This document shows positions 58,292-64,000 of a DNA stretch of 64,000 nucleotides, piece after piece. Position numbers and translations under genes: made by a program. Source of the stretch: Escherichia phage vB_EcoS_FFH_1. The stretch is taken from the sequence record KJ190157. One strand, given 5' to 3'. The notes beneath the pieces are model-generated. The model was not told the DNA's origin. It saw only the letters and a program-made list of their open reading frames with translations, and ran no database searches. Position 1 is the first letter of the stretch. Every line of letters starts with the position of its first letter.

Positions 58292-58400
58292 AGTTAATTT
58301 CTCCTCTTTAATAACAATATTATAATAGTATTAGAAAATTTTATCAAGAAATTTTTATTTTTCCATAAAGAAAAGGAGGACTCAAAGTCCTCCTCCAGTT

Positions 58401-61400
58401 TTAAGAATTTCCTAATGTTTTCAGACTAGCACCGTTCTCATTCAGAGCTAATTCTACTGCGTCTCTTAGAGCACCACTATTACTAGAAGCAAACTCTCTA
58501 AAACTTGCAGCATCCATAGCACTAATATTCAGGATGATAGGTCTTCCTGAAGTTGAGTTAGACGAGGTTTTTAGCTCATCATTAGGTGTAGCTTTCATAG
58601 GAACCATAGGGGTAACTACTTCTGTACCATGCTCACCCATTTGATAGCTAACCCCTGGATACATATTACCACCCTCAGCACGAGGAACGAAAGAGTTGGC
58701 ACTACCTATACCTTGATCGCCACGAATATAAGATAGTTCACCTGCATTAGCAGACATGGACACATCTATATTCTTCTGACGCTCTCCTAAGGTTAAGTAA
58801 CTAGTTGTATCCGCCCCAGAATCAGCAATACTTGACATACCAGATGCAGAAGATGCTTGTGCTAATGCCAATGCACCCGCTAAACCTGCCGCAACCATTA
58901 AAGGAATAGAGAACGGGTATGGTACAGCTGTTGCCGCTTGCATTACAGCTACTGCAGTTTGGATGATAATCTGCTTCTTAGCTGCGTCTTGTTGAATCTT
59001 CAGCTTTTCAGCTTCCAACTTCTTCAACTTAGCTTTAGATGCTTCTGATTTACCATCACGTTTCTGTTCTGCTGCGATAGCTGCATCAATAGCACTAACC
59101 TGTTGACTAGTACTATACTGAATCATAGAAGATACAGTTTGCATGCCAGAAGCAATCAAGGAGGTAGTATCTAGGGATCCCTGAGAGAACTGGATCATAG
59201 CGTTAGTTAAGTTACCCATACTTTGAGCCACAGCGGTTGCTTCAGAATTTAATTCAGATAGCTTAGAGATTGCCTGATCATAAGAAGCCATTCTATTTTG
59301 CATATCTGCAAAATCTTTGTCTTCCCCCGATAGTCCAGTTGTAGGAGTGTACACAGCACCCACAGAAGATCCTACCTGTTGCTGCATTTGGCCTTCTCTT
59401 TGCTTTCTAAGTTGCTCTAGAGCAGCAGCAGTTTTATAGATCTCATTACGATACTTGATCTCTTCTTCGGTATTGCCCTTAGATAGTTCTAGCTGTTCTT
59501 GCAAAACAGATAATCTTTCCGTAAGAATCTGAGCTTGGCCAGTAACATTTCTTTGTGTTTGGCTGACTTCTAGTGCATCCATGAGAGCTGATACATGTGA
59601 GGCAGTTGCCTGCTTCTCCGTTTCCCATAGTTCCCTACTTATTTGTGCTTGAGCACGTCTAGACTGTTCCGCCTCTTTCTGTTTGTCCGCTTGTTTTGTA
59701 TACCATTCGTACTTCTCTTTCTCTACAGTTAGTTCTAGTTTTAGCTGAGCTAATCTATATTGAGTAGTAGTCATAGTACGGTCATTCAGAAGAGCTATCT
59801 CACGATCTACACCAAGAATTTTATCTGTGTAATCCTTGACCTTCTTCTGAGCTTCCATACCCTGATTGGTAAGTTTAAGTTTCTCCAGCTGAATTTTTTC
59901 AATTTCTTTCTCAACAGCTTTATTCCCCTGGTTTGTTTGAAGAACACGGCGTAAAGCAGCTTCTTGCTCTTCTAACTGTTGCAACTCTAAACGTCTACCA
60001 GCTTCCTGAGCCTTTTCCTTATCCTTAGTTTGAGTGTATACATCAGCTATCTTCTGTTGAACTGCTAACTGATTTTTAGTTTCATTACCAGTTAGTTTAA
60101 CATACTCAGATAGAGCCTGAGATGCAGTTTTCATTTCAGACAGGGTGTTATAACCCAGGTTAAGGTTTTTAACATACTCATCGGCACTCTTACCGGTACC
60201 TAAGGATAGAGATTCTATATTTTTTATAGCATCAGCTAAAGTGGCACTAGTTTTAGCCGCAGTATCTGTATTCTGAGCAACGTTCTGTATATCATTAGCT
60301 AAGTCACTAGCAGTTTTCTTAGTTTGATTATACGCTTTCTGTTGTTCAGTTAGTCCTTTTAATACTGTGGAGTTAAAGTCATATACAGCACCAGGATCAG
60401 TAGTATCCCTCTGTAGATTAATTTGCTTCTGAAACTCTGGACTAGCCTTTGCAGCAGCGGCCCCAGCAGCTTGATACGCTGATTTCCAAGCATTGAGATT
60501 CTCTGTAGAATCCTCTACTTCCTTACCAAGTCTAGTTACTTGTAGACCCATAGCTGCAGTTTCTGCTACAAATTGCTTATTGGCCTCCGAAGCACCTGCT
60601 GCTGCAAGACCAACAGGAATACCTTCACCAACTTGACGTATAGCTAGTTTTGTATAGAAATCTGCTTGTTCCATTCGTTTATCGAACTCAGATTTTAGCT
60701 TATTACGCTTATCAAGAGATTCCTTATACATATCTAGAGCTTTATTATACCCTTCTTCAGAAGCGGCTAAACTTAAAGCAACAGCACCAACGTTGGTAGG
60801 ATCTATCTGTCTATTAGTTTTTTCTTGAGCTCTAGCTGCTTCAGCAGATACAGAAGCCTGAGAAGTATAAAATACTGTGTTGATAGCATCAATTACGGGC
60901 CCTAAGTATTTAGCAGCAGCCTGCTGAATCTTTCTCAGTGCGGCATCAGCATTAGCGGCAAATTGCTCCCACGGAGTAGCACGTAAAACTTCATCTAAGT
61001 AGCCAAAACGTTTAGTAGACTCTGCTATAACAGCATTAGCATACGCCTGCTGTTTCTGGAAAGTAGTAAGGCTGTTAATATTATATGTTATACCTGTGTT
61101 TGCAGCATTTAACTGCTTAACGTAATCAGCATAAGCATCATTAAGACGAATAGTAACACCAAGTTCATCCAGAAGTTCGATTTCTTGTTTAGATACACCC
61201 TTAATTACACGGTTAAGTGCATCAGTCATATCAACGCCAAGAACAGCAGCAGCACGACGAGCTACTAAACCAAATTTATTAAGTTGTTCGGCGTCAAATC
61301 CATAAGCGGACGCTGAGGATGCTTGCCTCATAGCTTCTTCAAAAGAGATTGCATAGCCAGCTGCCTCTTGTAGTGATCTAGCAAGGGACTGAACAGGAGT

Positions 61401-62081
61401 ACCTGTCTGAGTACCTACTATAACACCAAATTTTTCTAGACGATTTAGCTGATCACCTAGTTTAAGTTGCTCGAATGCAGATTGCAAAACGAAGATGTTG
61501 GAAGCAAGAGCTGCGTACATAATAGGTAAACTACCACCGATCTTAGCCATTGCTGCAAAATCACGAGTTGCACCGCGTGCCGAACCAGAAGTATTACCGA
61601 TAGCTCTGGAAGCTCTTCCAGCAGCACCAGTAGTATCATTAAAGCCCTTAGCTGTACCACCTAAAGCTCTATTAGTATCGTATAACCTATCTTGAACTTT
61701 CTCTGTTGCAGCTGCAACATCATTGCCCATTGTTTTAACAGATCTAGAAACTCCATCGAATCCAACTTCTAGTTTATCTGCTACTTCAATCATTGTAATA
61801 GCTAGGTCATCCAGCTTAGTCCCTATATCATTAATAGATTTAGTAATACTAAGCATGCCCCTACTAGCCTGCATTTTAGTAAGACTTTTCGCTGCTCTAT
61901 CTGCTGCCCTCTCAATGGAATAAAGAGTTCTGGGCATTTTACCTAACTGCTCATTTGTCAGTTCGGAAGCAGCAGCAGCATTTTCCAACGCATCAGATAC
62001 GTTTTCAATAGACTTTGCAGTACGAGTTGCCCCCTTCTGTTTAACGTCTATTAGTAATTCTCGTATTAGCTTATCAGTCAT
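58401..62081 (-). CDS. Tail tape measure protein (T5 pb2-like)
   Basis: 1226 aa, alpha-helical coiled-coil-rich, hydrophobic segment, C-terminal Gly-rich region. Confidence 0.85.
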   Translation of the reverse strand: MTDKLIRELLIDVKQKGATRTAKSIENVSDALENAAAASELTNEQLGKMPRTLYSIERAADRAAKSLTKMQASRGMLSITKSINDIGTKLDDLAITMIEVADKLEVGFDGVSRSVKTMGNDVAAATEKVQDRLYDTNRALGGTAKGFNDTTGAAGRASRAIGNTSGSARGATRDFAAMAKIGGSLPIMYAALASNIFVLQSAFEQLKLGDQLNRLEKFGVIVGTQTGTPVQSLARSLQEAAGYAISFEEAMRQASSASAYGFDAEQLNKFGLVARRAAAVLGVDMTDALNRVIKGVSKQEIELLDELGVTIRLNDAYADYVKQLNAANTGITYNINSLTTFQKQQAYANAVIAESTKRFGYLDEVLRATPWEQFAANADAALRKIQQAAAKYLGPVIDAINTVFYTSQASVSAEAARAQEKTNRQIDPTNVGAVALSLAASEEGYNKALDMYKESLDKRNKLKSEFDKRMEQADFYTKLAIRQVGEGIPVGLAAAGASEANKQFVAETAAMGLQVTRLGKEVEDSTENLNAWKSAYQAAGAAAAKASPEFQKQINLQRDTTDPGAVYDFNSTVLKGLTEQQKAYNQTKKTASDLANDIQNVAQNTDTAAKTSATLADAIKNIESLSLGTGKSADEYVKNLNLGYNTLSEMKTASQALSEYVKLTGNETKNQLAVQQKIADVYTQTKDKEKAQEAGRRLELQQLEEQEAALRRVLQTNQGNKAVEKEIEKIQLEKLKLTNQGMEAQKKVKDYTDKILGVDREIALLNDRTMTTTQYRLAQLKLELTVEKEKYEWYTKQADKQKEAEQSRRAQAQISRELWETEKQATASHVSALMDALEVSQTQRNVTGQAQILTERLSVLQEQLELSKGNTEEEIKYRNEIYKTAAALEQLRKQREGQMQQQVGSSVGAVYTPTTGLSGEDKDFADMQNRMASYDQAISKLSELNSEATAVAQSMGNLTNAMIQFSQGSLDTTSLIASGMQTVSSMIQYSTSQQVSAIDAAIAAEQKRDGKSEASKAKLKKLEAEKLKIQQDAAKKQIIIQTAVAVMQAATAVPYPFSIPLMVAAGLAGALALAQASSASGMSSIADSGADTTSYLTLGERQKNIDVSMSANAGELSYIRGDQGIGSANSFVPRAEGGNMYPGVSYQMGEHGTEVVTPMVPMKATPNDELKTSSNSTSGRPIILNISAMDAASFREFASSNSGALRDAVELALNENGASLKTLGNS

Positions 62082-62164
62082 GTTTTATTTTTCCCAATAA
62101 AAAAGGCTCTGGGCAAATCACCCAGAGCCAAGCCTCATCGTGGAACGCCCATTGGAGGAAACTT

Positions 62165-62533
62165 TTACCGTGCACGAGATCTAGCATGTGGCTTAACGTT
62201 AGGAATCCTTCCGTTTTGCGGTTTATGCTTCTCAGCACGTTTACGTGCAGCATCTACAGCTTTAGCATCAAATATATTGATAATGTGTAGAACAAATTCT
62301 TTCTCTATAGGATCAGTAATCCCATAAATATCAAATAAAACACCTAGAGCAGCCTTATCTTTACCTATAAAGATAGGAAAGTCACCTGGTATGAAGCAGT
62401 CAATTAGACTGTTATAAATATTCATACTAGTAGCTACAATAGGTGGAAAGTCTTCAAGTTCAACAGGCATGGCCTTAGGATCAGGCTCTATACCCATTGA
62501 TTCACAAAGTATTAAATATTGTTGTTTAGTCAT
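62165..62533 (-). CDS. Probable tail assembly chaperone
   Basis: Small ORF between tail tube and tape measure genes. Confidence 0.45.
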   Translation of the reverse strand: MTKQQYLILCESMGIEPDPKAMPVELEDFPPIVATSMNIYNSLIDCFIPGDFPIFIGKDKAALGVLFDIYGITDPIEKEFVLHIINIFDAKAVDAARKRAEKHKPQNGRIPNVKPHARSRAR

Positions 62534-62594
62534 TTTAGATGCTGAGCTTTTAATACACTTATCTGCAAAATCAGCAACAGCATCTAGGAGTTCT

Positions 62595-63014
62595 TTACGC
62601 TTTTGGGCTACGAAAAGTGTCTAAGTGGAACACTGTCTGGTTGATCCAAGAATCAAACGCAGCAGAGTTCTGCATGAGCATTATAGCATTATCGCGGCTA
62701 AAAGGAACTTCAGTAGCAGGATCAGCATCTGTTTCAATCAGCATCAGTTTTTCAACGTCACCTACAGTCAAACCGGTCCAACCTTTAATAGCTGCGTCAA
62801 CGAAGGCTTCAATGAACTTATCATCATCCTGTACCTGAATCAAAGTACCATTAACCCATTCATCGCGTTTAGCAGAAGAAATAACACGTTTAGAGGTAGC
62901 ACGAGACATATAGTTAAGTTCTAATTTAAAGTTCGGCATACCTGGGTAGGAAAGAGTAATAGTACGAGTATCAAGAGTAATATCTTTTAAATTAATCATT
63001 TTTAATTTCTCCAA
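62595..63014 (-). CDS. Probable tail assembly chaperone
   Basis: Small ORF between tail tube and tape measure genes. Confidence 0.45.
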   Translation of the reverse strand: MEKLKMINLKDITLDTRTITLSYPGMPNFKLELNYMSRATSKRVISSAKRDEWVNGTLIQVQDDDKFIEAFVDAAIKGWTGLTVGDVEKLMLIETDADPATEVPFSRDNAIMLMQNSAAFDSWINQTVFHLDTFRSPKA

Positions 63015-63894
63015 AGAAATCTATTCTCACTGGGTCTGAAGAAGCAGTAGGTATAATATCCCACTCAACTCTATACACATCTGAGAAATCTAGGCGTTTT
63101 GTAATACGTGCTGAAGGAAAATCTATAGAAATATTATTATTTCTTATATTTAAAGGTACATCTGTCTCCGGTTCGATATTGTAAACCATACCTCCTGCAA
63201 AACGTTTTAAGTAATATAGAGAAATGGTTGCCGAAGCATTCATTTCATTTACATAAGCTCTTTTATTATTATAAATTTTATTTATATCAAAAACACTCTT
63301 ATCCTCTCTCCAGGAGCACTGCTGTTGGAAAGATAAAGAGGCAGAAATAAGACCGGGTAAGATGCTGCCATTAGTAGAAGCTATTACTGGGCTGTAAGAC
63401 ATTACTTCACCCTGTATAATAGAAGCTGCTTCTCTATAGGTAGATACTTCTGAGAATTTCCCAGACTCAATACCAACATTAAGAATTGGTATGTTCTTAT
63501 CTAAAGAAAAATCTACCGTAGATACATAACAGTTTTCAAAATATACACAGTTATTATCTTTATTTACTATATAGATATTGAACATAATAGGTTCAATATT
63601 ACTACTATATAGTGGGAGTAAGAAAGTATTACCTTTTCTATCAAAACCTAACCATTCAAAGAAGTTAGCCTCTGTAAGAGTATTACTGAAATTTATTGCT
63701 AGAGAGATAGAAGAGGGGGTTTGAGCATTTATAATAGAGTCTGCATAGTTAGTTCTACGATGAACAGTCCTACGAAGAGTCTTGAATTCCTCGTAGGAAG
63801 TCTGTATATCATAGTTTGATAGGGCATCAAAATGAAATGCCCTACCATCATACTCAACTATAACTTTTGACTCTCGCATTAGAGAGTAGTACAT
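62992..63894 (-). CDS. Tail tube-associated protein (T5 p140-like by position; 300 aa)
   Basis: Immediately downstream of the partial tail tube gene. Confidence 0.45.
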   Translation of the reverse strand: MYYSLMRESKVIVEYDGRAFHFDALSNYDIQTSYEEFKTLRRTVHRRTNYADSIINAQTPSSISLAINFSNTLTEANFFEWLGFDRKGNTFLLPLYSSNIEPIMFNIYIVNKDNNCVYFENCYVSTVDFSLDKNIPILNVGIESGKFSEVSTYREAASIIQGEVMSYSPVIASTNGSILPGLISASLSFQQQCSWREDKSVFDINKIYNNKRAYVNEMNASATISLYYLKRFAGGMVYNIEPETDVPLNIRNNNISIDFPSARITKRLDFSDVYRVEWDIIPTASSDPVRIDFFGEIKND

Positions 63895-63898
63895 TTAT

Positions 63899-64000
63899 TT
63901 AACCACCAGCACTAACTGTGATAGTTTTAGTACCTTCTACACCAGAACCGTCTTTAGCTACAGCCTTCACAGTAACTGCACCAGTTTTAGAAACATCAGC
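63899..64000 (-). CDS. Tail tube protein, C-terminal end only (T5 pb6-like)
   Basis: Reverse frame ends ...KAVAKDGSGVEGTKTITVSAGG then stop at 63901-63899. Confidence 0.45.
   Translation of the reverse strand, partial: ADVSKTGAVTVKAVAKDGSGVEGTKTITVSAGG

Noticed and set aside
1-64000. CRISPR arrays, rRNA genes, integrase/transposase or prophage attachment sites
   Set aside because: No regularly spaced direct repeats with unique spacers, no rRNA-like sequence, and no recombinase-like ORFs seen; content is consistent with a strictly lytic phage.

Overview
This window reads as a T5-like (Tequintavirus-type) siphophage genome segment, based on gene content, gene order and a promoter nearly identical to the T5 PN25 early promoter as recalled from memory; nothing was searched or computed. 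Layout: (1) 1-8100, minus-strand tRNA cluster (about 11 tRNAs found by manual folding) interleaved with small ORFs, with a plus-strand three-gene cassette at 4418-6186 running antisense to its neighbours; (2) 8100-20700, minus-strand early operon(s) with nucleotide-metabolism genes (nrdA, nrdB, thyA, DHFR, RNase H, PhoH) and a free-standing HNH endonuclease between nrdA and nrdB; (3) 20970-47530, plus-strand replication module (nrdD, Sir2-like, origin-binding-type helicase, split NAD-ligase, DnaB-like helicase, primase, DNA polymerase, SSB, Mre11/Rad50-like nuclease, flap endonuclease, dUTPase); (4) 47875-64000, minus-strand late tail genes (two-part L-shaped fibre, collar, baseplate, Dit, tape measure, chaperones, tube). 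Most genes carry their own copy of a highly conserved early promoter (-35 TTGCTT/TTGCTA, 17 nt, -10 TATAAT). The best candidates for something undescribed are the antisense low-complexity cassette at 4418-6186, the Sir2/HAD/paralog cluster at 23741-26064, and the promoter-bearing ORF-free 600 bp upstream of the origin-binding-type gene. All coordinates and tRNA folds were done by eye and need computational confirmation.
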